From: Octopus vulgaris
Taxonomy: Eukaryota
Reading direction: 5' to 3'
Assembly: GCA_951406725.2 (NCBI GenBank)
Contig: OX597830.1
Coordinates: 39,742,001 to 39,806,000 of the forward strand
DNA: 64,000 nucleotides
The stretch's first letter is position 1; each line of letters begins with the position of its first letter. The notes beneath the pieces were generated by a model. The model did not search any database. It worked only from the letters and a program-made list of their open reading frames with translations, and was not told the DNA's origin. Made by a program: the position numbers and the translations under genes. This document shows positions 43,630 through 57,319 of the stretch, piece by piece.

Positions 43630-44296
43630 TAATTATTTCTAATTAAGTCACAAAACCAGTAATTATGAGGAGAGGGGTTTAATAGATACTATCGATTCTG
43701 TATTTGACTGGTACTTTATTATATATCACGCATATTCTATCTGGGTTTTGGTTTATGGGGTTTCTGTTAGCTATCAATAAGACTTCCATGAAAAATTTTC
43801 TCATCTTGTAGATGCATTGTCAACCGACGAGAAAGTAGCATGCATGTATGCCCCTATAAATATTTGCATTTAAATCTTTATATTTATATCATATTAGTTG
43901 TCTGATGTACATTTCTTGTGATTTTGTGTCAATGGGATGTTTTGTTTGTTTTGTTTTTTGGGGGTTTTCTTCTGTAATCGCAGTGTTGTAATATATACTA
44001 TGAATATATGGCCAGGTATAACACATGTTATGCTCGGTTATGTGAATGTTTAAAACTGTATTTATCCATTATACAACTAGACTTCATTTAGCTCTATATG
44101 TTTATTTTCCGCCTTTTTACTTGGTGTTATACTTATGAGGTTGAACTTGTATACTTCGATAGCTTAATCTGCTAAGCTATTCAGTATTCGTTATTAATAT
44201 TCTTTTTTATTCACTTGTAAGGTTCCTTAGTGCTTCTTTAGTGGACGTGGATTTAAATGTTTATTTCAGAAAAAGATTTTATTAGACATTTGTCTA

Positions 44297-44341
44297 ATAG
44301 AATCACATACACAGACAAGATGTCTGTGTATGTGATTCTAT
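44297..44341. repeat. Perfect 21-bp hairpin with 3-nt loop
   Basis: atagaatcacatacacagaca-aga-tgtctgtgtatgtgattctat. Confidence 0.95.
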
Positions 44342-44429
44342 AGGTATTTGGTTGTTTGCCTTTTAGCATTTGAAATATGCTACTAACATATTTCAACTAA
44401 CCTAATTTATATATATATATATGATTGGC

Positions 44430-44715
44430 CCTTTTCGTCTATGCAGACGATCAATTTAGCTTAGAGGTCACTTAATCGAACATATCAGGGGCTCCCCTTC
44501 TTGCAGCTTCTTTTATGGCTGCTTCTTCCTATGATTGAAGCGCACCTACTGTCACAGTATTTGCATACCAAGAGGCTGGCTCGGCGCTCTGCATTTCTGT
44601 TGTTTTCCTTTCGCCTCTGACGCTTCTCAACTTGTTTGTTTCTGAAGCTGCTCTCTAGCGAAGCAGTTCCTTCCTGCACCACAGTACTCCATATTGAGAT
44701 GTCCCAAGCTATTAG
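44430..44715 (-). mobile_element. RTE-clade LINE 3' end
   Basis: KRQRRK...CKYCDSRCASIIGRSSHKRSC, matching the C-terminal zinc-finger pattern CxxC..SRIGL.SH.R. Confidence 0.7.
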
Positions 44716-45099
44716 AGTTAGAGGGTGGAATAACCGTCGAAGGGATAAAAATATCCCTTCTAAATTTTATGCATATATATATATATATATATAAAGTGTT
44801 GTCTGAATTTATGATAGAGCTACGTTGGATAATTAATTAAGAAGGGAAAAATTTCCCCTTTAAGCTCATTCGCATTTAAGCTCTTCTGTATCCGTTATAA
44901 TAGATACGCCTTCAACATACCGTACATATATAACACAGTTTATGTTTAGAAATAACTATTTTTCAACGTTAACTATATAAAGCTCAATGATTGAAGGACT
45001 GAATAAAGTACTATCGTCATTCCGTCCCTTTGAGTATATATGCTACCTTATGAACTATGGATGTGAGCCTTTATTAGGTAGGCCAACATAAACTTTATA

Positions 45100-45700
45100 T
45101 TGATAGTTCAAAATTATACTTATGGTTTCTCTATTACCGAAACGTTGATAAAAAACCGTTTCGCATCCCTTGGGGAAATGTAACTAGCTTCATTAACTTC
45201 CTGTAACATTTCTAAAAATTCGTCCGACGATTGTATACTATATCTCGCTTGGGTATTTAATCGTTTATCAATTCTATGGGAAGGTACTGTATATAAGAAA
45301 CTTCAATATATGTATTTACGATGTCAGATGTATTTACGTTGCCATAAATATAATCAGGGCTCTACTCTCCTTTTTGGGGACAGGAAGTATATAGATCCCA
45401 TTTAAAAGTTTGCAACAGTAATTAATTTGGGTTTGAATTTTAACTGTATCATTTTGTTATTTTCTTATTTGGACGAATTTCCTGTTATCATAAAATATAT
45501 TGTTTATTTTTGTTAAGCATTTGTTTTCGTTCATAATAATAAATAGATTACTCTTATCTCTTCCAATTTTATCGTTATTTTTCAGACCTTGAGGAATTAG
45601 TTTAAGATTCTTGTGAAGTGCGTTTCTGATATTGTGTTTTATATCTCTGTTTGTTGCTTTCACACCTAAAAAAAACTCAAAGTTTGTCATCAAAATATTT
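45100..45700 (-). mobile_element. Degraded Penelope-like reverse transcriptase, N-terminal half
   Basis: LKNNDKI..DKSNLFIIMN...D..KF; YSIQSSDEFLEML; DAKRFFINVSV (DxxSLFTNVP-like). Confidence 0.6.
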
Positions 45701-47201
45701 TTATACTTTTATCATCAACCATTATATCATCCCTATTATTTTTACACCTTTATCAATTTTATTTTTACGCTTTTATCACTAAAGACCTCGAGAAACTAAC
45801 AGAGTACTTCGAGTTCAACTTCCCTCGTGTTTTGATCATATTTTCCCTTGAAGTGGTAGATTGTATGAAAACTAAACGGTGAAATTTGATCAGGGCTACG
45901 TGCTGCTGTGAGCGGTTAACATACTTATCTTTTTGCGTAGGCAATAATAAACGCCCCCGCCCCCTTATTATAATGACTGTTAAACTTCCGTATTTATATT
46001 ATTTACGTGCGAACGAACACCGTTCATTGTCGAAGGCTGAGATATTATTTAGTAAAGAACAAAGGGCAGAATCGTTAGAGCATCTGGCAAAACGCTTTGC
46101 GGTATTTTTTTCTGGTTAGCATGTTTTGAGTTCAAATCCCACAGAGGTTACCTTCGGCTTTCAGCATTAAGGACTTTATTATGTTCTATTTTTCTTGCGT
46201 TTCCATAAAAACTTTTTCATCGATATGTTATATCTTGGGTAGACTGCTTGATATAAATTTGATGTTCCATTGCAGCTCTTTGGAAATCTCTTCTACTCCA
46301 TATAGGGTGTGCGTGTGTTTTCTGTCGTACAAAGTATATTTCTATAACTAGAAACATTTTTTTTTCTTTCAAAAGAGTGTCACTGAAAATATGGCTTTTT
46401 AGAATCTAGCCGCAGGCATGGCTGAGTGGTAGGGAGTTTGCTATCCAGCCTCATGATATCCAGATTCAGCCCTGCTTTGTGGTAATTTGAGCAAGTGGCT
46501 TCTACTAGAGCTGAGTGCCACCCAGTACCTTGTAAGTGGATTGTGGATTCGGTAGACGGAAACTGAAAGAAACCCATCATATAGACAGACAGATAGATAG
46601 ATTCTTATATTCCTTTACTTGTTTCAGTCATTAGTCTGCGACCATGCCTGAGCACCGTCTTGAATGAATCTACTCCAGTACATTTTTTTAAACCTGATTT
46701 TCGATCGGTGTCTTTTGCCGAACCGCTAATTTACTGGGACGTAAACCTTCCAACACCGGGTGTCAGGCGGTGCTGGAAAACAAACATAGTCACAAAAACA
46801 CACACATACACGACGGACTTCTTTCAGTTTCCGTCTACCAAATCCACTCAGAAGGCTTTGATCGGCCGAGGATTTAATATAAGACACATGTCCAATGTGT
46901 CACACAACAGGACTGAACCCAGAATTATGTGGTTAGTAAAGAAGCTTCTCACCGCACACCCACGGAGTAGGGACTTTTTTTTGCAAGCAACGAAAGAAAC
47001 ACATGGAAAACAAGACAAGCAACACAAAGAAGGACCCTTCATCAGCTGTCAGCTGTTTTTCTAATCACTCATGTCCCTTTCTGTTGAAAAGTGTAGGCTC
47101 GAAGCTTAAAAAACTTCCTCACCTTCCCGAGCATCAAACTAATACACCTCCTTCTTGTTTATACACCTGTCATCGTTCTTTTGTTTTTCTGAAAATTTCA
47201 A

Positions 47202-47250
<49 letters not shown>

Positions 47251-47618
47251 CGGGCTTCTTTCAGTTTTCGTCAACCAAATCCAGTCGCAAGGCTTTGCCA
47301 TATTTCCTTCTTGTCTTTTATACTTACAAATTGTATGAGTGTATCATTTAAAACAAAAATATAAAAGGAAACTCGTTAAACGGAAGGTCACATATATTGC
47401 ATTAAACTTTATAAGCTCATATAATATATTATTAAAACTCCAGAATGAAATAAATAAATAAATAAATAACCTTCTCATCTGTATGAAACCAGAAACTTGC
47501 CGGCCACAGGCCTTCCTTGAAATTTTGAATGACTTCCGGTGTTTCCATTACGATGTGGATATGTCCTACAAACCTAGCTTTTAGTAGAGGGGAACGACTT
47601 ACTGTTATTGATATCGCT

Positions 47619-47680
<62 letters not shown>

Positions 47681-48696
47681 AACATGTAGATGCCAATGAC
47701 CCTGCCACTTTAGAAAACTTAGCTATTTAGAAGAGGGGATTGACGTACCTACGAAGGACCTAATACTTTCTCTGTTAGTGTGTTGTAAAGATCACACACT
47801 TTGCTGTCAATGACCTAGATAATTCAGCTGTTGGCAGAGGAGAATGACATACCGTTCTGATTGTTATTATTAGAAGTAAGTAGTTAAGATCAGACAAAAA
47901 AAAAAAAGATTGTCTACGATGCAGACAACTAAACTCAATCTTAGCAACTTAGTGACCTTGGGAGTTCTGGTTGTGTTGTTGTTTATGTGTAGGGTGGATG
48001 AAGTGCGAGGATGTTTTCTTTGTAATAGCAGAAAGTTAACTCGAGAAAGAAAGAGAGGGGGAAAAGGAAGAAGAAAAAATAAACAGAAGGAAAGAATGAA
48101 ACTGAAGCTTTTGGTTAGGTTAGAATATAGATCTGAAGATTTTGTTAGAGGCTGGAATCGGGGGACGAGAAAGAATGCAACTGTGTTAGAATATTCGTGC
48201 GTGCGCTGATAAGAGACGTGTAAAGAGGACGGAGATCGTTTTAGCAGAGAAGAGTTGACAATTGTTTACAATTTGATTTCTTCGCTGGCGTCATCATTAT
48301 GAGATGAGTACGAGAGATAAAAGAAGTTGTTGGTTGTAATTCTGAAGTCTTCGAGAACGATTATTTCAGAAAATTCTTTAACTTAGTTAACTTAAATCAG
48401 GTAGGTTTATTAGCCCAAACCATGTCTCATTTAACCGTACCGCCTGGGGTAATCTTTTAAGTGATGTTCCTGGACAAGCTGGAAGAGTTTCTTAACGGAA
48501 TTTTATCCGGATGTCGGCGGTCTATCTGGAGTATATTGGAAGAACTTGTCCAAATACCTTTTGAATGTTATGGGCTTTTGTTTTGTTTGTGTTTATGGAC
48601 TTTTTGTTTTTGTTTTTTCTTTGATACCCTTTGTGATATTGCTGAAAAACACAACTTCAGTTAAAAGTCGGAATATTATGATATATATATATATAT

Positions 48697-48758
<62 letters not shown>

Positions 48759-48974
48759 GTTTACTTGTATCAGTCAGTTTGACTGCGGGCACGCTAGAGC
48801 ACCGCCTTTAGTCGAGTGAAGCTACCCCAGGACTTATTTCTTGTAAGCATAGTACTTATCGGTCACTTTTACCGAACCGCTAGGTTACGGGGATGCAAAC
48901 GCACCACCATCGGTTGTCAAGCGATGATGGGGAGGGGACAAACATAGACACTCAAATATACACATACACACACA

Positions 48975-49039
<65 letters not shown>

Positions 49040-49074
49040 GAAGGAGGCATATATATATATACGACGGGCATATA

Positions 49075-50213
49075 CAGCAGCATTACCACCAACATTGCCA
49101 ACAGCTTCCCTAACATCCACAGTAGCAGACCTGACAACTCCATTAGCAGCAGTAACAGGCCCAGTGCCACCGCCAGCCATAACCTTTCTACTATAGGCAC
49201 AAGGCCTGAAATTTGGGGAAAGGGAATTGGTCGATTACATCAAGCCCAGTGCATAACTGGTACTTAATTTATCGACTCCGAAAGGATGAAAGGCACAGTT
49301 GACCCCGGCGGTGTTTGCACTCAAAGCGTGGAGACAGACGAAATACTGCTAAGCGTTTCGCCCGACGTGCTAACGATTCCGCCAGCTCGCCGCCTTTTAG
49401 CAATAACGGCAACAATGGCAGCAATAACAACAGCAGTAGCAGTGACAGTGGCCCTAGCAGAAACACCAGCGGAACCACAGCTAATGACACCTCTAGCAGC
49501 ATTGGCAACTCTTCCACCAATGACGAGGACCACAATAACAATAAAAGTGCCTTCACCATAACTGGCAGTGATGATACCATTACTGACGCCAACACCAGCA
49601 ATCCTAGCTCCAACATCAACAATGTCGGCGGCAGCAGTAACAACAACAGCAACACCGGCAGGTACAGCACCGACAACACACGCCCACGGAGATACATTGG
49701 ATGTTCCGGGAACTATTTCAAGCAACGTCTCTCCAGACACAGGACCTCTTTCAGAGTTCCGGAAAGGAGATATGTAGCATCACTGGCCAATCACGTCTGG
49801 CAACCAAGAGATGATCGGATTCCATACTCGATCTCATGGGAAATCCTCGAGTACCCAGGCACCTACATCAACTATGCAATTTATGCATAAGTGAACGCGC
49901 GAGAATCCTAAAAGTCTCACGAAAACCAGCGAACATCCTTAACTCCAGAACGGAGATTTTCGGTCCCTGTTTACATTTCAGGAGGTTCCTGCTAGATTTT
50001 TGGAGCTCACAAGATGGTGGCACAGCCGGAAGTCGATAGCAAAAGGAGATAATCCCGAATTGTTACCTTTGAGTAGTGAGGCATTTTCCCTTCCATATTT
50101 TTAAGAGGCCATGGGCCAACAAGTTTTGGGGATATGACGATACGCCATAAAGTTAAACCGTTTGTGGACGGGAAACCTAAGGTAATCGCATATATCGGCC
50201 TTCTCCATTTTTA

Positions 50214-50218
<5 letters not shown>
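49075..50218 (+). mobile_element. Penelope-like element 3' fragment: N/S-rich linker, GIY-YIG endonuclease (frameshifted), 3' pLTR; SINE A inserted at ~49185-49395
   Basis: YIGCSGNYFKQRLSRHRTSF...SLANHVW...ISWEIL, then CNLCISERARI...LNSRTEIFGPCLH; ends in (TA)n. Confidence 0.88.
50129..50189 (+). ncRNA. Degenerate hammerhead downstream of the GIY-YIG remnant
   Basis: gat-ATGACGA-tacgCCATAAA..TTTGTGGacgg-GAAA-CCTAAGG-TA-atc; C3A change probably inactivating. Confidence 0.6.
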
Positions 50219-50274
<56 letters not shown>

Positions 50275-51083
50275 ATGATCACGTCTCTCACGTGACCGAC
50301 CAGACCATCAGATGTTGCTACACATCGCTGGTCACAATGCGTTCGCATTGTTTTAGCCTTCGAACGACGCCACCCCGCTGGCTAAACGAGCAGGCCAATA
50401 TATATATATATATATATATATACATACATAGAGAGCGAGAGAGAATATAAGAAATATGTATGTATGTATGTATGTATGTACGCATGTGTAAATGTATATA
50501 TGAGAGAGAGTGTTTCCTGAAGAGAAGATTGACTATAAAAAAGCAATGAAATATTTCTTTCACAGAGAAGAATAACAATATGTTGTTCACACGATGAATG
50601 TACGTGGTGGGGGCGGGGCGAGGGAAAGAATCTGGGAAGGATCGGTGCTTCTGGATATTAGAGAAAAGGAAGGAGAATCGCCGAGTTGGTTTAGTGCTTA
50701 ACTGTCAATGACCTAGAAAGCCTAATTATTAGCAGAAAGACGGTTGTTATTATTAGTGACAGTAGTAATAGTAATGGTATTAGTAGTAATAGTAATAACA
50801 GTAGTAGTGACAGCAACAGCAGCAGCAAATACAAAACTCATAACTGTGAATGATTCAGAAAAATCTAGTTACTAGTGGAGGGGAATGACTTAACCTCTTA
50901 GTAATAGCAAAAGACCAACCAATAAGACAGATTTAGTAGCTTATATTTGCATAAGGCCAATAATGGGTTGGGGGAATGGTAACAGACTTGATTGACTACG
51001 GTATATTTTTTTAATATTTACTACAGAAACTTTTGGGCTATTTTCTCAATTCATTCTGGTATTCACGTTTTAGATGTATTATC

Positions 51084-51539
51084 GGATCTTTTCGGTTTGA
51101 ACGACAGTTTTTTCTAGCGGTGTCATATGAAATTGTCACCCATAATTATGACCCTAGAATCGATCTATTGCATTTCAATCGCTTTTAGGGTTAGGGTTAG
51201 TTAGGGTTAGGGTTAGGGTTAGGGTTAGGGTTAGGGTTAGGGGTGGGGGAAGGGTATCTTTTTTTTCTTCACAAATGTAAATAAACCCAATCTGTTTCTT
51301 AAACGAGGGAATATTCATATGGCACAGAATGCTTTTTAACTCAATAGACGTCACTGATTGGTTGAAATTGCAGAAATGGAAGAAAAAAACAACAACTATC
51401 TCACAAACTATAGAATTTTCTCAAAAAAAGCCAAGAGAAAACGATGTTTTACAAACTCATTCTACCAGTATACGAAATTTTAAATTTTTTAGTTACCTAG
51501 AAATTATGTTAAAAACTGCCGTCCAAACCGAAAAGATCC
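51084..51539. mobile_element. MITE with ~29-bp TIRs, 8-bp TSD and internal (TTAGGG)n
   Basis: ggatcttttcggtttgaacgacagttttt / aaaaactgccgtccaaaccgaaaagatcc; TSD gtattatc at 51076-51083 and 51540-51547. Confidence 0.92.
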
Positions 51540-52360
51540 GTATTATCGCTTCGATTAACGTTTGGTTTTTCAGTTATACAGGATCTTTTCTACTTGGTTG
51601 CCAGTGGCTCCAAACATTAAAGTTTATCGAATATTTTAAAATTAGGCACATGTTTATGTTAATTTATAAGTGAAAAACAGTTTTCAATCTCTGAGTGTGA
51701 TGTTAGCAAATAAACTTTGATTTAAAAGATTTATCCAAAAAAAAAAAATCTTATTTAGCTGTTATTTTTAGCACACCTCACAACCACCTCAGTGCTCAAC
51801 GACAAAAAGAAACAAACAGTAAACAAACAATTTAAATATGTTTAATTACAATTTAAATATGCATACCGAAAAACCTGTCTGGTCTTGCGACACACTCCTC
51901 CGAAAACCCACTGCCCAGGTAGGACCCTTCTTCGGTTGACTGCTGTCAACACGTGCTTCCTCGCAGACTTTTCATGTTTCCGCTTACTACTCTCGAAACA
52001 GATGAATGTGACTATGACTTACGATTGGCTAAAATTACCAAAATTTTCAAACTTTAATTACTAATAACTCTATCAGTTCTATATATAAGAAATGAGGAAT
52101 TATGTGCTTTATTTACAGCTCAGTACTTGACAAGTATTTTACTTGATCGACCTCCGAAAGGTTTAAAAGCGTAGTTGACTTCAGTGAGATTTGAACTCAA
52201 AACTTAAAAGGCAGGAAGAAATCGTGCTACAGATTTGGTTAATGATTCTGTCAGTTTTCCACCTTTACTGCGGCTAAAGTAATGATCGGTTTCAAACCTT
52301 AGCTAAAGGCCAGCAGCTTGAGGGGAAGGGGTTCGGTGACATAATCCGTGCTGCATCGGA

Positions 52361-52415
52361 ATTTTGTCAGCGAACAGGTTGCGATTTCAAAGCGACGAAA
52401 ATATTTTGACAAATT
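52361..52415 (+). ncRNA. Minimal hammerhead motif with G3-C8 swap
   Basis: TTTGTCA-GCGAACA-G-GTTGC-gatttcaaa-GCGAC-GAAA-ATAT-TT-TGACAAA; followed by a ~75-nt tail and (TA)n. Confidence 0.65.
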
Positions 52416-52488
52416 AATTTTATATATTGAAGTGAATCTAACGGTTTTTGTGTGTTTCTTAAATGGCTTATAAACACCTTCCACGCTG

Positions 52489-52568
<80 letters not shown>

Positions 52569-53298
52569 AGGTCCGTAGGAAAAATCATTTAAATAAAAGG
52601 ATTGGAAACCATTGTAAAAATGTTGGGAGCCACCGACATACGTCATGTATGTGTAGCGACAAATCAAGCTGTTTTATTTTTGTAGTTCTTTCCTTATGGG
52701 AGAGAGAGAGAGTAATTTTGTTAGAGAGAGTGAAAAGAGAGAAACACTGCATTAAGAGAATGAAATATTTTAATGGAGAATGGAATTACGTAGTGTTTCG
52801 TTTTTTTCTTCCTATAGTTTTGATCTGTAACACCGTGGTTTCAGCTTTGAACAAATACGACACGAGTCAAAGATTATCGAAAGCATATGAATAACAAACA
52901 TGCTTCACTTGGACCTCCAGCAGTTGTTTTGAAATTTCAATAGTAGTGAAATTTCAAAATAGAAGCAACGATTTTGATAATTAAAACGATGTTTAACGTA
53001 ACATCGCATGAAACAACAGTACATAAAATAATTGCTAAGTTATGTGGAAGGAGTGAGTTCCTTGTACTTATCGATTGTACTTTATGAGACAGAGGTCATA
53101 AGAGAATATATTGTTGAGACTGTAGCTTTACATAAGTGCAAACAATAACCGATCGGTTACATTATTTGGTCTTCAGTTTAATTAAACAAATTTCATTTTA
53201 TATGCCAGTCAAACGCATGACATGCGACTGGAACTGGCCCATAGTTACAAGCGTGCCTGTGTGGGTTAGAAGCTTGCTTCCTAATCATATGTCTTGGG

Positions 53299-53645
53299 AA
53301 GGCAGCAAGCTGACAGAAACGTTAGCACGCCGAGCGAAATGCGTAGCCGTATTTCGTCCGCCGTTACGTTCTGAGTTCAAATTCCGCCGAGGTTGACTTT
53401 GCCTTTCATCCTTTCGGATGTAATCGACTTAATCCGTTTGTCTGTCCTTGTTTGTCCCCTCTGTGTTTAGCCCCTTGTGAGTGGTAAAGAAATAGGTATT
53501 TCGTCTGCTGTTATGTTCTGAGTTCAAATTCTGCCGAGGTTGACTTCTTTGCCTTTCATCCTTTCGGGGTCGATAAATAAAGTACCAATTTCGCACTGGG
53601 GTCGATGTAATCGACTTAACCTCTTTGTTTGCCCTTGTTTGTCTC
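53299..53645 (+). mobile_element. Dimeric SINE family A
   Basis: Family A head, core and linker. Confidence 0.85.
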
Positions 53646-54919
53646 CTTCTCTATATAATGGTAGCAAGTTTTACATCATCTGAAGAGTCATTAGTTGAAC
53701 TATTAGTCCTCTTGTATTATGGGGGGGGGTATCAGAACATTTGAGTGACATTAGACCCCAACAAACTCCCATAAATTAAATGCATCTATCTGGACCACGA
53801 TCGTGGCCTGTCGACATGTGTCTGACGGCCACGATCGTGGCCTATCGCGCTTTATGTGTTAAGTAATTAGCTTGTCATCCATTCGTGTCGATAAATAAAT
53901 TAGTATAACTGGAACCAATTCTTCTCTCTTTCTGGAAGATACAGGTTGTATTCAAACCTGGTGGTGAGGGGAATCCAGGTAAAAGTCACGGGGGTCTTGT
54001 CCGGCGGGATAATGTCTGAGTGGGGTTTTGTCCGGATCAGATAAATTAATTGTGACTTTTTTTCTTAGCCAAAATTGTGATTTTATTACTGCGACTGTTT
54101 TTTCCAGTGACTTTATTACCGGTCACTGGTGCAACGGTGAGGGATGGAGTCACGGATATGCTGAATGTGACGACTCCATCAGGAGTTACGTGCCTTAAGC
54201 AAGGCAAGGCAAGGCGTATTTCTGCTTGGCAAATAATTAGTTCATTGTTTGACCATCTATATTCATTGTTTTTGTAACTATGTCTTTGTTTCATATTTCA
54301 TTCATTGCCGCATCATGTTATATACTTTCATTCACAGCTGGATCATGTGGGTTTCAAGCTTTTAATCTGTATATATTTTATACTACCACTGTTTTGCTTC
54401 ACTTGTCCCACGTCTCGCTTTTCCGAAATAAGTAACATGAAGAATGCATCAAACATTTGCTTCTTTTTTTTTTCTTTCTGTTCAATAAAATTGCTTAATA
54501 ATATACTTTTATGATTCATTGTTTTTAATCGATAAAGAAATAGAAAAAAAAAATAAACGTTTCCGCTATAGAAAGTGAAATTGTATTTTTTATTGTAATA
54601 AATTTAAATGAAAGTCATACAACATTAAGATGAACATCCTTATGTTGGACTCAGATAAATACCAATTCTATAATATTCAGTAAAATCTACGTCAATTTTG
54701 AGTTTTTAGACTATGAATCATCTTTAGGGTTAATTCCATTTTTTTCAATAATTACAAGTGCAGTAGTTTTCTGAACAGAAGATAGTAACACCCTTAACCA
54801 TGAATATACATGTATCAGTTGAATAATGTCTGAGAGTGTTACTATTCATTGTTTAGAACAAAATCTTAGTGCGAATCTAGTCCCAGAATAAGGTATGCCA
54901 TGACAGGACATTTAATGCT

Positions 54920-55301
54920 GGCCAGCAGTTTTGTAGGAGGAGCTAAGTCGATTACACCGATCCCAGTGCTTAACTGGTCCTTATTTTATCGACCCCAGAG
55001 GGAGGAAAGGCAAAGTTTCCCTCGGCGGAATTTGAACTCAGAACATGAAGACAGACGAAATACCTATTTATATTTCTTTACTACCCACAAGGGGCTAAAC
55101 ACAGAGGAGACAAACAAGGACAGACAAAAGATTAAGTCGATTAGATCGACCCCAGTGCGTAACTGGTACTTATTTAATCGCCCCGAAAGGATGAAAGTCA
55201 AAGTCGACCTCGGCGGAATTTGAACTGAGAACGTAACGGCAGACGAAAAACTGCTAAGCATTTCGCCCGGCGTGCTAACGTTTCTGCCAACTCGCCGCCT
55301 T
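54920..55301 (-). mobile_element. Dimeric SINE family A
   Basis: Family A head, core and linker on the minus strand. Confidence 0.85.
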
Positions 55302-56634
55302 GGATGATGTTAATAATGCGAAAGATTAAGACCCTTTCACTTATAGTATATCTCAGACATATTGATCTTCAAGCCCAATCCTACCTGATTAAAGTGTATA
55401 TTCTTAAAATAGACGCACATATTGCAGGCAATGCTGCACGGTTAGCAAGTTCGTTTCATAACTACGTGATTTCGGGTTCGTTGATACTGTGCATAGTCTT
55501 GAATATCTTCAACCTTAATCCTCGTTCGACCGAAGAAATATGAGCGACATTATTTGATTATCGAAAACTTTGTTGAATTCTTCATTGTTTCTATATTGGA
55601 GTGATAAGCTTAAACTGTTACCTAGCTAAACATAACAACCTGGCTCTTGAGAGATTTCAGTGGAATCCATTCTTTTGGACAAGTATTCGGCATGGGTCTC
55701 TGCTCTGAACACAACTTCCCTCCCTCCCACTTCCCACCTCCAGTCCTGGAGATCCTGAGTCATAAACTCTGCCCTTCAATTTCCGTCAATATTAACAAAA
55801 AGAATTTTAATGCATATTATCGTTTTCCACGTTTTTGATGGATATTTGAATATTGTCGTCTTTAAAGATACATCCATTTTCATGACGGCGTTGGCGAAGG
55901 CGGTTGTTGACGAAATCATTCTTATTCACCCTCAAGTCATCCCTGTGTCACCCATTCCACAGCACACACACAGAACAGACCTATTATTATCCAGGCACTC
56001 CAGACATGACAATCCTATATTCTTTTTTTTTTTTTGATGACCAGTTCACGCACGACATTTCCCAAAGTGCTTTTTTTTTTCTACCTTGGAGAATGGGAAA
56101 TCGAGGGAGATTTGTTTGTTATTTCTAGCAGATCCAAAAACCATGTAAAAGTTCTTTCGTTGACTGTATCATGTGTACTTTATTATCAGATTACCGACTT
56201 CCGCTAATAGAAAAAAAGCATAATATATCATTTATACAAAAAGTCGGTCATACAACAGGAATAATAATGATTTAGCTTATTTATTTTTATATTTTTGTCA
56301 ACATTCTTCCTCTATTCCTTTTAATTAACATTCACGACATGCTAAATTTTATCGCGAAATATCATCCAACGAGTTTTGTTTCAAAAGCTTTTGTTTGATA
56401 AAATATATAGACACAACTTACAGCAGATAATATTTGAACAATACGAGCTTCATCAAACAAAAGTGATATCTACGTTATATAATGAAATAATAAAATAGCT
56501 AATAATCAAAGCAACAGACACAGTCTTAATGCCAAAAAGTAATATATAAGCACTGCAAGCAAGAGTGCTTATTTCCACTACAAAACCGTATGAGAGATTC
56601 TTTCGTATCAACGATCGCAATATTCGGTGTTCCA

Positions 56635-57067
56635 AAGGCGGCAAGCTGGCAGCAACGTTAGCACACCGGGCGAAATACTTAGCAGTATTTCGTCTGTCTT
56701 TACGTTTTGTGTTCAAGTTCCGCTGAGGTCGACTTTGCCTTTCATCCTTTCAGGGTCGATTAAATAAATACCAGTTGAGTACTGGGGTCGATATAATTGA
56801 CTTAATCCGTTTGTCTGTCCTTGTTTGTGCCCTCTGTGTGTAGCCCCTTGTGGTCAGTAAAGAAATAAGAAACATTAGCACACCGGCCGAAATGCTTAGC
56901 AGTATTTCGTCTATCTTTACGTTTTGAGTTCAAGTTCCGCAAAGGTCGACTTTGCCTTTTATCCTTTCGAGGTCGATAAATTAAGTACCAGGTGGGTAGT
57001 GGGGTCGATCTAATCGCCTGGCCTCCCCACCAAAAAATTTCGGACCTTGTGTGCTCAAGTAGAAAAG
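56635..57067 (+). mobile_element. Dimeric SINE family A with 16-bp TSD
   Basis: aatattcggtgttcca at 56619-56634 and 57068-57083. Confidence 0.92.
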
Positions 57068-57319
57068 AATATTCGGTGTTCCATCACAACACCCACTTTT
57101 AAGTGGTGATAGATATTACCCTTTAATAAATTAACATGTTTTTCTTCAGATGACTTTGGTGGACAACAAATGCAGTAGAAAATATAATCTACTAGTAAAT
57201 GAAAGAGCAGCGGGTTTTTCCTGCTGTTTTCTCACTTTTGTGTGTTTCTAAAACAAACAACCTCTTAGAGAAACCACTTACACTCGAATGTGCGGTCGAT
57301 ATATTACCAAAGCTTAAAT

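Noticed and set aside
49269-49740. Hydrophobic, membrane-like minus-strand ORFs
   Set aside because: Antisense of the AAC/AGC-rich PLE linker plus SINE sequence
51185-51242. Chromosome end or fusion scar
   Set aside because: Short single-orientation array enclosed by TIRs and a TSD
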